NCBI GenBank assembly: GCA_965222075.1
Contig: OZ244937.1
Location: forward strand, 4,320,001-4,384,000
DNA from: Candidatus Latescibacterota bacterium
GTDB lineage: Bacteria > Latescibacterota > UBA2968 > GCA-2709665
Reading direction: 5' to 3'
Length of the DNA: 64,000 bases
Shown one piece after another: positions 1 through 8,816 of this stretch (position 1 is the first letter of the stretch; the number at the start of each line of letters is the position of its first letter). The position numbers and the translations under genes are program-made. Under the pieces are notes generated by a model that searched no databases, was not told where the DNA came from, and saw nothing but the letters and a program-made list of their open reading frames with translations.

Positions 1-54
1 AATTGCGGATTGTGGATTGCGGAATAAAGGCCTTTCAATCCGAAATCCGAAATT

Positions 55-996
55 TCAAAGCCGTTCCGCCACCCGCAGCGTCGCGCTCCGGGCCCGTGGG
101 TTCCGCTCCCGCTCCGCCTCCCCGGCCCGGATGCCTCTGGAGGTCAACACCGCTACCGTCCCGACCCGGCCGCATCCGCAAACCGGCAGGTCGGGGGGAC
201 AGATGCACCCTCGGGCCTCAGCTCGAAAGACCTGTTTAACCGTCCGGTCCTCCAGCGAATGATATGAAAGAACGGCAATACGCCCGCCCGGCTGAAGGAC
301 CTCAATAGCCCCCTTAAAAACCCCTTGAAGGTGGGCCAGTTCCTCATTCACCTCAATCCGGATGGCCTGAAAGATCCGGGCCAGGGTCTTCTTAAGGTGG
401 GGCCCCCGGACCACATCGGCGATCAGGTCGGCCAACTCCAGCGTCCGCGTCAGGCGTTCCCGTTCCCGGTATCGGCAGATGGCCCGGGCAATCCGGGCCG
501 CAGCCCGCTCCTCCCCGTAAACCCTGAAGATCCGCGTTAGCGCCTCCTGCGGATAGGTATTGATCACCTCCTGCGCGGAGCGGAGAGCGTCGGGTCCCAT
601 CCGCATATCTAAGGGGCCGTCCTGCCGGTAGCTGAACCCCCGTTCGGCCCGATTGATCTGATGCGAAGAAACCCCCAGGTCGAAAAGCACCCCACCAACC
701 CAGGAGACCCCCAAGTCAGCCAGGACCCGAGACAGTTCCCAGAAGGGCGCCTGCACTACCTCGGCCCGGCCCCCAAACCGGCGGAGGCGCCTTGAAGCCT
801 CTCGAACCGCATCCGGATCCCGGTCGATTCCGATCAGCCTCCCCGCCTCACCCATCCGCTCTAGCAGGCATTCCGCGTGGCCCCCTCCCCCCACCGTCCC
901 ATCCACGTAAGTTCCCTGCGGGTCGCAAACCATCCACGCGGTTGTCTCCGGCCTCAGAACCGGTATGTGAAACGCCGGGGCCTCCTGTCCCATCAT
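55..996 (-). CDS. rsmH: 16S rRNA m4C1402 methyltransferase RsmH (MraW)
   Basis: HIPVL, VDGTVGGGGH, DLGVSSHQ, LDMRM, FQAIRIEVN, YHSLEDR, NPRARSA motifs; directly downstream of mraZ. Confidence 0.97.
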   Translation of the reverse strand: MMGQEAPAFHIPVLRPETTAWMVCDPQGTYVDGTVGGGGHAECLLERMGEAGRLIGIDRDPDAVREASRRLRRFGGRAEVVQAPFWELSRVLADLGVSWVGGVLFDLGVSSHQINRAERGFSYRQDGPLDMRMGPDALRSAQEVINTYPQEALTRIFRVYGEERAAARIARAICRYRERERLTRTLELADLIADVVRGPHLKKTLARIFQAIRIEVNEELAHLQGVFKGAIEVLQPGGRIAVLSYHSLEDRTVKQVFRAEARGCICPPDLPVCGCGRVGTVAVLTSRGIRAGEAERERNPRARSATLRVAERL

Positions 997-1090
997 CCCT
1001 GTTTTTTGAAGTCTCTATAAGCTTTAGAATAAATATTCCACATCCGAACCGAATAAATATTCCACAAACTGAATATTCAACCCCTGAACC

Positions 1091-1546
1091 CTAAAGTACA
1101 TCTATCTCCTGCGCATTCTTTTCCAGCTCCTGATCGGCCTCGTCTATATAGTCGGCATACCGTTCCGGATTCCAGAACTCAATCCGATCTCCCACCCCAC
1201 TGATCGTGGCCCGGTCCGTAATGCCGGCCCTGTCAAGCAGCTTACGCGGGATCAACACCCGTCCCTGCCGGTCGATCCTGGCCTCTACGGCCCGCCCGGC
1301 CACCGAACGGATCAATTGCCGGGCCTGTTTTTGCCCGCCGTCCAGCGTCTGAAGCCTGCCCAGAAGGCGCTGCCAGCCCTTCGGATCGAAGCCGGCCAGG
1401 CATCCGTCGAACCATCGCGTAATCACGAAGGTCGTCACACCCATAGGCAGCGCCTTGCGACAGGCAGCGGGGACAATTAGACGCCCCTTGGGATCTACCG
1501 GAACGTCCTCGTATCCGCCTATGAATTGGGGAGTTTCATCAGACAT
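1091..1546 (-). CDS. mraZ: Division/cell wall cluster transcriptional repressor MraZ
   Basis: Two DxKGR/DxQGR AbrB-like motifs (DPKGRL, DRQGRV), GVGDRIEFW; first gene of the mraZ-rsmH unit. Confidence 0.97.
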   Translation of the reverse strand: MSDETPQFIGGYEDVPVDPKGRLIVPAACRKALPMGVTTFVITRWFDGCLAGFDPKGWQRLLGRLQTLDGGQKQARQLIRSVAGRAVEARIDRQGRVLIPRKLLDRAGITDRATISGVGDRIEFWNPERYADYIDEADQELEKNAQEIDVL

Positions 1547-1600
1547 TCAAAAATCTTGTTTTTATTTTAGTTATCTCCAAATTACCCTAATCACCCTAAT

Positions 1601-1638
1601 CCCCCACTTTCCCCCACTTTCCCCCACTTTCCCCCACT
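1601..1638 (-). promoter_or_regulatory. MraZ operator: four 10-bp direct repeats (GTGGGGGAAA on the minus strand)
   Basis: CCCCCACTTT x3 plus CCCCCACT, between the promoter and the mraZ start; matches the known GTGG(G) 10-bp-period MraZ boxes. Confidence 0.9.
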
Positions 1639-1639
1639 A

Positions 1640-1668
1640 AAGTTAGGGCCAAGGGAGGGAAAAGTCAA
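1640..1668 (-). promoter_or_regulatory. Sigma70-type promoter of mraZ
   Basis: Minus strand TTGACT (1668-1663), 17 nt, TAACTT (1645-1640). Confidence 0.75.
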
Positions 1669-1867
1669 GGATTTTCTAACCGTCTGTTTTGCTTTATCTC
1701 TAAAAAAAACAATATGGTGCTCAAAAGAGCATCAGTGTTTCCTCACCCACAACCGCGCTTGCCCCAAGGCCGTCTACGCTGTATCTTGTAGTGAAGCCCT
1801 CCTCCCCCCCAACCCGTCGGCTTTATGCCTGAGAAGGGAGCGACACAAATACCCGAGAAACCACCCG

Positions 1868-2266
1868 ATGAAACAGACGCCCGCCTTTATCCTCTCCCTG
1901 TGCAGCCTCCTGCTGTGGAATACCCTCGGTTGCAGCCGGAAGCCCGTCGCAGAATCCGGTCTCTCCGATCGGCAGTTTGCCGAACTCGCCGTGGAGGTCA
2001 TCCACCTCCATCGGCGCTATGCCGACCGGCCCGACAGCCTGACGCTCCAGAGAGAAGCCCTTTTCCAGCGTTACGGCATCTCCCCAGAAGCCCTCGAACG
2101 CTTTATTGCAAAACGCGAGCAGCACCCGGACGCCTGGAAGCAGGTGCTTCAAGTTATGGAAGAAAAACTCGGAGAAAGAGGGGAAGGCTCACAAACCGGA
2201 AGGAACTGCGGCGTTGGAAGATACCGGAAGGGAGAAGGCGATACGGCCAAAGTGAAAAGTGAGTGA
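1868..2266 (+). CDS. Putative lipoprotein, DUF4296-like
   Basis: Signal peptide with lipobox-like LGC; helical body with 'ALFQRYGISPEALERF...HPDAW' typical of DUF4296. Confidence 0.6.
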   Translation: MKQTPAFILSLCSLLLWNTLGCSRKPVAESGLSDRQFAELAVEVIHLHRRYADRPDSLTLQREALFQRYGISPEALERFIAKREQHPDAWKQVLQVMEEKLGERGEGSQTGRNCGVGRYRKGEGDTAKVKSE

Positions 2267-2397
2267 GGAATCAAAGGCAGGAAAAAGCAATTTAAACCAC
2301 AGAGGCGTAGAGGACGCAGAGGTAATCGTGGTTCGTAGTTCGTGGAATTTTACCGATCCCCAATCCTCGATTCTGGTCTTTCTCTGCGTCTACACCA

Positions 2398-2475
2398 CCC
2401 CGGACGATTGGCTCACGCCTGTCTCCGGCGGGCTGGCGCCCGCCTCCGGCTCACAGGATCATCTCCTCTCCCTGG
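2398..2475. repeat. Dispersed intergenic repeat, copy 1 (copy 2 at 39876-39980)
   Basis: Near-identical CCCCGGACGATTGGCT..CGCCTCCGGCTCAC..GGATC.TCTCCTCTCCCTGG at both sites. Confidence 0.85.
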
Positions 2476-2490
2476 TGAATGCTTTTATTT

Positions 2491-3792
2491 TTAATTAAAC
2501 CACCCGAATATGCGGCTGATATCGCCGAAGGTTACATAAAGCATCAGAAAAAGGAGAAAGGCAAGCCCGACCTGCTGGAGGACCTCCTTTTGCCGTATGG
2601 AAAGCGGGCGCCTGATCGCTGCTTCCACTGTCAAAATCATCAAATGGCCCCCGTCCAGCACCGGAATGGGGAGGAGGTTGAGTACCGCTAAGTTGATGGA
2701 AAGCAGGGCCATAAACCCCAAGAGCCTTTCCCAACCCTGCTGGGCCTTTTGCCCCGCCATCTGGGCGATGGCCACCGGACCGGCCAAGGCACGGCCCGAT
2801 ATCTTTCCCAGTATCAGATCCTTGATAAACTTATAGATGAGGGTGGTAAACTGCACCACATCCTGCCCGCTCCGCCCGATGGCCTTTACAAACCCCACCG
2901 GCATCCGCACCATCGACTCCATCGGCGGGCCGATGCCGATCAGGCCGACCGTCTCATCTCCCATCTGCTCCGCCCGGGACACAACCTGCGCCCACATCTC
3001 TACCCCATCCCGCACCCACCGGACCTCGATCTCCTGCCCCGGTCTGGCGGAGATCTTCTCCTTCATCTGCCACCACTGCGCCACCGGCTCCCCGTCTACG
3101 CCCACAATCCGGTCGCCGGGTTGGAGGCCTACCCCTTCGGCCGGATACCCTGACAACACCGATCCTGCCGTGGATGAAACGAACGGATCGATGCCCAGCG
3201 TCTGAACCGATCGATCCAGAAACACCTGCAGGGAGAGGGGGGTCCCATCGCGGATGACATCAAGCGAAACCGTCGAATTCCGGGCCCCCTCGAACGCGCG
3301 AATCAGCGCATCCCAGTTCTCCACCCGCACTCCCCCAACCGAGGCCACCCGGTCGCCTGGCTTCAGCCCCGCTTCCCGCAGCGGAGACGCGGCCTCAATC
3401 CGCCCGATCTGCGTGGTATTCAAAACGTATTCGCCCACGGTCAATCGGACCCCCAGGATAATGAGGAACCCGAGCAGGAAATTCATGGCCGGTCCGGCGG
3501 CAAGCACCGACATTTGCACCCACCTCGGCTTGGACTGGAACTCCCACGGCTCTCCCTTCACCTCTTCATGCCCGATGTCGGCCATCCCCGCCATCTTCAC
3601 GTACCCCCCGAAGGGAAGCCAGGAGATACAGTACTCCGTCTGTCCAAACGTAACGCCAAACGCCTTGGGCCCAATTCCCAGCGAAAACCGCTCGACCAGG
3701 ATTCCCGCCCTTTTGGCCACCCAGAAGTGTCCCAACTCGTGCACAAAAACGAGCACGCCTAAGACAAACAGAAAAGAAAGAAGCGTCGTCAA
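2491..3792 (-). CDS. rseP: RIP metalloprotease RseP (two PDZ domains)
   Basis: HELGH zinc motif, LPFGGYVKM, AGPAMN, NLLPIPVLDGGH; follows dxr. Confidence 0.96.
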   Translation of the reverse strand: MTTLLSFLFVLGVLVFVHELGHFWVAKRAGILVERFSLGIGPKAFGVTFGQTEYCISWLPFGGYVKMAGMADIGHEEVKGEPWEFQSKPRWVQMSVLAAGPAMNFLLGFLIILGVRLTVGEYVLNTTQIGRIEAASPLREAGLKPGDRVASVGGVRVENWDALIRAFEGARNSTVSLDVIRDGTPLSLQVFLDRSVQTLGIDPFVSSTAGSVLSGYPAEGVGLQPGDRIVGVDGEPVAQWWQMKEKISARPGQEIEVRWVRDGVEMWAQVVSRAEQMGDETVGLIGIGPPMESMVRMPVGFVKAIGRSGQDVVQFTTLIYKFIKDLILGKISGRALAGPVAIAQMAGQKAQQGWERLLGFMALLSINLAVLNLLPIPVLDGGHLMILTVEAAIRRPLSIRQKEVLQQVGLAFLLFLMLYVTFGDISRIFGWFN

Positions 3793-3826
3793 AGGGATTC
3801 AACTCCATCTTTGTCAGGTTAAACCT

Positions 3827-4981
3827 CTACCGCTCCAGCCTTCGAATAATCTCCCCCGCCTTTTCCCGCCCCCACCGGTCGGCTTCAAAGACCGCTTCTA
3901 AGTCCAACCCAAAACCGTTCCCGTGGGCATCCAGCACCCGGCGCACCACCCCGGGAACATCCAAAAAGCCGATGCGGCCTTCTAAAAAGGCGTAAACCCC
4001 GATCTCGTTGGCCGCATTGAGCACCGCTGGCGCCGTCCCACCCGCTTTCACTGCCTCATAAGACAGGGCCAGACAGGGAAAGCGTTCAAAATCGGGCGGG
4101 TAAAAACGCAACTCGCCCACCTGTGTCAGGTCCAGAGGACACACCCGCGTGCACAGCTTCTCGGGATGGGTCAGGGCCTGCTGGATCGGCAATCGCATAT
4201 CGGGCGTGCTTAAGTGCGCAGTCAGGCCGCCATCTACAAACTCAATCAGACAGTGGACAATCGACTGCGGGTGGATCACCACATCGATCTTAGAGACCGG
4301 CAGTCCCAAAAACCAGTGGGCCTCAATCACCTCGAAACCCTTGTTCATCAGCGTCGCCGAGTCCACCGTGATCTTTGGGCCCATCTTCCACGTCGGGTGG
4401 TTCAGCGCCTCCTGGGGGGTAACCCGGGCCATCTGATCCAGAGAAGAATCAAAAAAAGGCCCTCCGGACGCAGGCAGGAGAATCCGCTTCACCTCCTGCT
4501 TGGGCGTCCCCTGCAAACTCTGCCACAGCGGCGTCAACTCACTGTCTAAGGGCGCCAGCTTCACCCCCTGCTGCGCCGCCAGTTCGGTCACAATGCGGCC
4601 GGCAACCACTAAGGTCTCCTTGTTGGCAATCGCAACATCCTTGCCCGCCTGCACCGCCGCCAGGGTTGGCCTCAACCCCACACCGGCCACCAGACCGTTC
4701 ACCACCAGGTCGACATCCGGGTCCGTCGCTAAGTCCAGAAGGCCCTCCGGACCGCCCAGGACCTCAATCTCCAGCGGCTTTAACCGGGAGGCGGCCTCCT
4801 GCGCGTCTCCGCTTACACACACCCGCCGGGGCCGGAATCGCATCGCCTGGTCACAGAGCAGGTCCAGGTTGCGCCCGGCGCTGAGGCTGACCACCTCAAA
4901 CCGGTCGGACAGTCCTTCGAGAACATCTAAGGTGTTGGTGCCAATAGAGCCGGTAGATCCCAGAAGCGCAACCCGTCTCAT
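3827..4981 (-). CDS. dxr: 1-deoxy-D-xylulose-5-phosphate reductoisomerase
   Basis: LGSTGSIG, ANKE, PLDSE, HPTWKMGPKITVDSATLMNKGFEVIEA, NAANE. Confidence 0.97.
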   Translation of the reverse strand: MRRVALLGSTGSIGTNTLDVLEGLSDRFEVVSLSAGRNLDLLCDQAMRFRPRRVCVSGDAQEAASRLKPLEIEVLGGPEGLLDLATDPDVDLVVNGLVAGVGLRPTLAAVQAGKDVAIANKETLVVAGRIVTELAAQQGVKLAPLDSELTPLWQSLQGTPKQEVKRILLPASGGPFFDSSLDQMARVTPQEALNHPTWKMGPKITVDSATLMNKGFEVIEAHWFLGLPVSKIDVVIHPQSIVHCLIEFVDGGLTAHLSTPDMRLPIQQALTHPEKLCTRVCPLDLTQVGELRFYPPDFERFPCLALSYEAVKAGGTAPAVLNAANEIGVYAFLEGRIGFLDVPGVVRRVLDAHGNGFGLDLEAVFEADRWGREKAGEIIRRLER

Positions 4982-4996
4982 CGCATATCTCGGCCG

Positions 4997-5830
4997 TTAG
5001 ATCGCCTGCAGGAGTGAGAGATAGAGATAGACCAGAGGATAAACAGAGAGGAAGCTGTCGAAGCGGTCCAGAACACCGCCGTGACCGGGAATTATCCCTG
5101 AGGCATCTTTAACCTCCGCATCGCGTTTCACCATCGATTCGACCAAGTCGCCCAGAAGTGCGCCGCCCCCCACCACCAGGCCCAACCCCAGTCCCTCCCA
5201 GAAACAGAGCAGCCCAAAGGCCTGGACCCCGGCCGGGACCGTGACCAGCGCGCCCGCCAGCCCTCCCACAAACCCCGCCCCCGTCTTCCCCGGACTGAGG
5301 TGCGGGAAGGGGTGACGCCGCCCCAGAAAGCGCCCACAGAAATAGGCCGCGATATCGGCCGCCCAGATGCCTATCAGGATCAAAACAGCAAGCGCTGCGG
5401 CCCCACCTTCAGACATCTCAGCCTTTGAAAAGTTCCGTACCAGCAGCGCAAAGCTGCCCAAGAACCCAACATAGAGCACCCCCATCAGGGTCGCCCCTGC
5501 ATCGCCCAGCCGGAATCCCCCTGTGTCGCCCCTTCCCAGGGCCAGGACCAGCAGACAAAGCACCAGCCCGGCGAGGGGAAAAAGCAGGGACGCGCTCCCA
5601 AATTCGTAGACCCACACACACCAAGCCAAAGAGGCCGCAACCCCAAACCGTGTCCAGGGGTGCAGCCCCTTCTGCTCCTGCATCCGATAATATTCCCATG
5701 TACCCGCCCCCACTACCCCGGAAAGACCCACCAATAGGGGGAACCCCCCAACCCAGAACAGAACCAGCAGCACAGGCCCGAAAACCGCCGCCGCCAGCAC
5801 CCGTTGGGTCAGATTGGATCGTGCCACCAA
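4997..5830 (-). CDS. cdsA: Phosphatidate cytidylyltransferase
   Basis: SPGKT, GDLVESMVKRDAEVKDASGIIPGHGGVLDRFDS; start moved to TTG 5830 / GTG 5827 after a GGAGAGG RBS (the ORF-track extension overlaps uppS). Confidence 0.93.
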   Translation of the reverse strand: MVARSNLTQRVLAAAVFGPVLLVLFWVGGFPLLVGLSGVVGAGTWEYYRMQEQKGLHPWTRFGVAASLAWCVWVYEFGSASLLFPLAGLVLCLLVLALGRGDTGGFRLGDAGATLMGVLYVGFLGSFALLVRNFSKAEMSEGGAAALAVLILIGIWAADIAAYFCGRFLGRRHPFPHLSPGKTGAGFVGGLAGALVTVPAGVQAFGLLCFWEGLGLGLVVGGGALLGDLVESMVKRDAEVKDASGIIPGHGGVLDRFDSFLSVYPLVYLYLSLLQAI

Positions 5831-5904
5831 AGCCTCTCCTGCCCTCCAGAGCGTCGCAGGGGCGTGGTTTCCGCGCCCCGGTTTCCGCGCCCCCAATGCG
5901 GCCC

Positions 5905-6723
5905 CTACGCCGTAGACAGACCCACCTTTTTCAACTTCCCGTTCCCCACCCTCGCCTCTTTTCCAGAACGGACCTGAGCGCTGGTTTGCCCGAACCGCCG
6001 CTCCCGGGACTGATAGCTCCGGATGGCCTCGTAGAGATGCTCCCGGCGGAAATCGGGCCACAACACAGGCGTAAACCAGAGTTCGGTGTAGGCACATTGC
6101 CAGAGCATGAAATTGCTCAGCCGCATCTCCCCACTGGTCCGAATCAACAGGTCGGGATCCGGCAGATTCGCCGTATAAAGCGCCCGAGAAAAGCAGGCGT
6201 CGTCGACCTGGTCGCACCGGAGCCTGCCCCCCTCAACCTCTGCCGCAATCTGCCGGACGGCATGAACGATATCGCTTCGACCGTCGTAGCTAAGCGCTAA
6301 GTTAAGGATCAGGCCGGTATTCTCGACCGTCTCTGAAATCGCAAACATCAGCGCCCTGAGCGCCTGTTTTGCCAGCCGGTCCGTCGCTCCCGTGGCCACC
6401 AGCCGGACCCTGTTCTCCTGGAGTTCGTCCAGCTCCTCCACCGAGGCGTCTCGAAGGAGCTGCATCAGCGAAAGCACCTCCGTCCAGGGCCGGCTCCAGT
6501 TGTCGGTACCGAACGTGAACAGGGTCAGAATGTCGACCTTCAGTTCTCCACAGGCCCGAACGATGTCGCGAACAACATCCCGCGCCGACCGGTGGCCTTT
6601 ACTGCGGTGGAGGCCCCGCTGCTGCGCCCACCGGCCGTTCCCATCCATAATAATGGCGATATGCCGGGGCAGGTTGCCCTGCGCCTTCAACGCATCCTGG
6701 ATTTCCGCGTCCTGGGGGTCCAA
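5905..6723 (-). CDS. uppS: Undecaprenyl diphosphate synthase (isoprenyl transferase)
   Basis: HIAIIMDGNGRWA, DPDLLIRTSGEMRLSNFMLWQ, RERRFG. Confidence 0.97.
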   Translation of the reverse strand: MDPQDAEIQDALKAQGNLPRHIAIIMDGNGRWAQQRGLHRSKGHRSARDVVRDIVRACGELKVDILTLFTFGTDNWSRPWTEVLSLMQLLRDASVEELDELQENRVRLVATGATDRLAKQALRALMFAISETVENTGLILNLALSYDGRSDIVHAVRQIAAEVEGGRLRCDQVDDACFSRALYTANLPDPDLLIRTSGEMRLSNFMLWQCAYTELWFTPVLWPDFRREHLYEAIRSYQSRERRFGQTSAQVRSGKEARVGNGKLKKVGLSTA

Positions 6724-6848
6724 GTTCCCTCTCCGAGCAAAGAGTCATTGCCTTCGATTTCGTATCTTAAAAAGGTGTAGCTATTTAATTTATGGTTCGG
6801 TATGGGCAAAGTCAAGCGAACTTTTCCGCCCACCCGTCCCTGATTCCC

Positions 6849-6877
6849 TTGACATCTTGCCACAGAGGGCCTATTAT
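6849..6877 (+). promoter_or_regulatory. Sigma70-type promoter
   Basis: TTGACA, 17 nt, TATTAT upstream of the AAGGAG RBS of the ygfA-like gene. Confidence 0.75.
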
Positions 6878-6906
6878 CCCTTCGAATCTGGAAAAGGAGA
6901 GGCGCC

Positions 6907-7485
6907 ATGCACCCCCAAAAGCAGGACATCCGCCGGCGCATCCTGAAGCAGCGTTTCGCACTGACGCCCTCGCAGGTTCAGGAGGTGGGAGACGCCGTGA
7001 GGAACCGCCTGGTGGAAACGAACCTCTACGGGCGCGCCCGGTGTCTTGGTTGCTACGTATCGGTCAAAAACGAAGTGGACACCCATCGGCTCATCCAGGT
7101 CGCCCTGGAGGGAGGAAAACGCGTGGGCGTGCCAGTCACGCGCAAAAAGCGACCCCTGGTCCATCTGGAGATCCACACGCTCTTCTGCTTGCGGTCCGGC
7201 CCCTTCGGCCTGCTGGAACCGGCCGAAGGCGACCGGATCGAGATTCCGCCCGGCGACTTCGACCTGATTCTCGTACCCGGCGTTGCGTTCGACCGCCGGG
7301 GCAACCGGATCGGCTTTGGCGCAGGCTACTACGACCGCTTCCTTGCCCGCACATCCGCGCCAAAAGTGGGACTTGCCTACGCCTTCCAGGTCCTGGACCG
7401 CTTGCCCGCGGCCCTCCACGACATCCGTCTCGACTACCTGGTTACGGAAACGGCAATCCACACCTGCGGCTCACCTTACTTATGA
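6907..7485 (+). CDS. ygfA: 5-formyltetrahydrofolate cyclo-ligase
   Basis: KQDIRR N-terminus, EVDT, DLILVPGVAFDRRGNRIGFGAGYYDRFL. Confidence 0.95.
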   Translation: MHPQKQDIRRRILKQRFALTPSQVQEVGDAVRNRLVETNLYGRARCLGCYVSVKNEVDTHRLIQVALEGGKRVGVPVTRKKRPLVHLEIHTLFCLRSGPFGLLEPAEGDRIEIPPGDFDLILVPGVAFDRRGNRIGFGAGYYDRFLARTSAPKVGLAYAFQVLDRLPAALHDIRLDYLVTETAIHTCGSPYL

Positions 7486-8318
7486 ACGCCCCCACAGACC
7501 ATCCCCAAGATCGCCCGCCCGGCCAGTCCCCCGCGCAGGTCCTCTCCCCCGCGCAGGTGCGGGAAATTCTGGCTGTCCATCGAACTTGGGTGGAATCGGG
7601 TGGCGCGGACGGGCAGCGGGCCGAACTTGCGGGCGTCAACCTGAGCCGGGCCGAACTCCAGGGCGCTGTTCTCAGGCAGGCCGACCTGCACGAAGCCACC
7701 TTGAGCGGTGCCAGGCTTCAGGAAGCCGATCTGGCCGGCGCCAACCTCCAGCGGTCCAAGCTCTACCAGGCCAACTTCCGGGGTGCGAACCTCGAAAGCG
7801 CCGACCTGGCCGGCGCCAGCCTCCAGAACGCCGTCTTCCAGAATGCCAGCCTGAAAAACGCCGACCTCGCCCCGGCCGATCTGGGACTGGCCGACCTGAA
7901 TGGGGCCAATCTCACCGGGGCGCAGCTGCGAGAAGCCAACCTGGCCGGCGCAAATCTCCGCGAGGCCGACCTCACGGGGGCCGACCTGCGCAAGGCCCGA
8001 CTCCAGGAAGCCAACCTCTTGAAAACCGACCTGGCCGGCGCCAACCTCCAGGGAGCCAACCTGCAAGGCGCCAACCTCCAGAACACCAATCTTGGAAACG
8101 CAGTCCTCCAGAGCGCCAACCTTCAAAATGCCGACCTCGTCCAGGCCAACCTGGAGGGCGCAAACTTCCGCAAAGCCAGGCTCCAGAACGTCGACCTGTA
8201 CAAAGCCAACTTCCAGGACGCCGACTTTCGGGGTGCCGACCTGAGGAACGCCGTCGGCTTCAGCAGAAAACATATCGACATGGCGCGAACAGATGAAAAG
8301 ACCAAACTCCGGGATTAA
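7482..8318 (+). CDS. Pentapeptide repeat protein
   Basis: Long run of A(D/N)LxG pentapeptides after 'HRTWVESGGADGQRAEL'; ATG 7482 overlaps the ygfA stop (ATGA). Confidence 0.92.
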   Translation: MNAPTDHPQDRPPGQSPAQVLSPAQVREILAVHRTWVESGGADGQRAELAGVNLSRAELQGAVLRQADLHEATLSGARLQEADLAGANLQRSKLYQANFRGANLESADLAGASLQNAVFQNASLKNADLAPADLGLADLNGANLTGAQLREANLAGANLREADLTGADLRKARLQEANLLKTDLAGANLQGANLQGANLQNTNLGNAVLQSANLQNADLVQANLEGANFRKARLQNVDLYKANFQDADFRGADLRNAVGFSRKHIDMARTDEKTKLRD

Positions 8319-8367
8319 TCTCCCCCTACCCGCCATCCGAAAGAGGTCTCAAATGGTCTGACAAAAA

Positions 8368-8667
8368 TTGTTGAAGAAGCTTGGAAAGAGTGGCGGAAAA
8401 TCTACCTCAGCGGCCGAGTTATTGGAGACGCTGAAAACATGTGGTCTGGAGGTACCAGAGGGTTTGCCCGAAGTGATCGTCCGGCGGGCAGGTGAAACCC
8501 TTGATCCCCTCTGCGAAATTCTGCTGGACGGACTGAAACCCAAGCGCCCGCCTGTGAAAAAGGGGAAGAAGCGAAAGGTATCCCAGGAGAAGAAGCGGTC
8601 GGATTATAGCGCCTACTTTTTCAGACAGCACAGGCGGGTCGGGGGGATTGAGCTCGTAACATCATAG
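8368..8667 (+). CDS. Hypothetical protein or degraded gene fragment
   Basis: 99-aa ORF with TTG start and no clear RBS; no family recognised. Confidence 0.3.
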   Translation: MLKKLGKSGGKSTSAAELLETLKTCGLEVPEGLPEVIVRRAGETLDPLCEILLDGLKPKRPPVKKGKKRKVSQEKKRSDYSAYFFRQHRRVGGIELVTS

Positions 8668-8713
8668 GATCTGGAATAACAGATGTTGAAGAAATCAAAA
8701 CCAAACAAACCCC

Positions 8714-8742
8714 TTGACTCTCCGGGAAGTTACCAATATGTT
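8714..8742 (+). promoter_or_regulatory. Sigma70-type promoter
   Basis: TTGACT, 17 nt, TATGTT upstream of the geranylgeranyl reductase gene. Confidence 0.55.
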
Positions 8743-8761
8743 TGAAGGTCATTTTGTCTGC

Positions 8762-8795
8762 TCCATCTATGTTCATCTGTGTTCATCTGTGGTTG
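8762..8795. repeat. ATCTGTGTTCATCTGTGG-type short intergenic repeat (related copy at 14223-14254)
   Basis: CATCTATGTTCATCTGTGTTCATCTGTGGTT versus ATCTGCGTTCATCTGCGTTCACCCGTGGTT; both lie just before a start codon. Confidence 0.7.
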
Positions 8796-8816
8796 CTTCG
8801 GTCAGAACAGAACCTC

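Noticed and set aside
1583-1638. CRISPR-like or telomere-like repeats (CCCTAA, CCCCCACTTT)
   Set aside because: 10-bp units with no spacers, at the known MraZ operator position
6724-6906. 6S RNA, often found upstream of ygfA
   Set aside because: The promoter ends about 30 nt before the ATG, leaving no room, and no long hairpin is visible
6792-7481. N-terminal 230 aa of the 508-aa ORF, and the 7283-8296 ORF
   Set aside because: Alternative-frame read-through over ygfA and the pentapeptide gene; the real start is ATG 7482
7600-8260. 15-nt periodic DNA repeat
   Set aside because: Fully explained by pentapeptide-repeat coding
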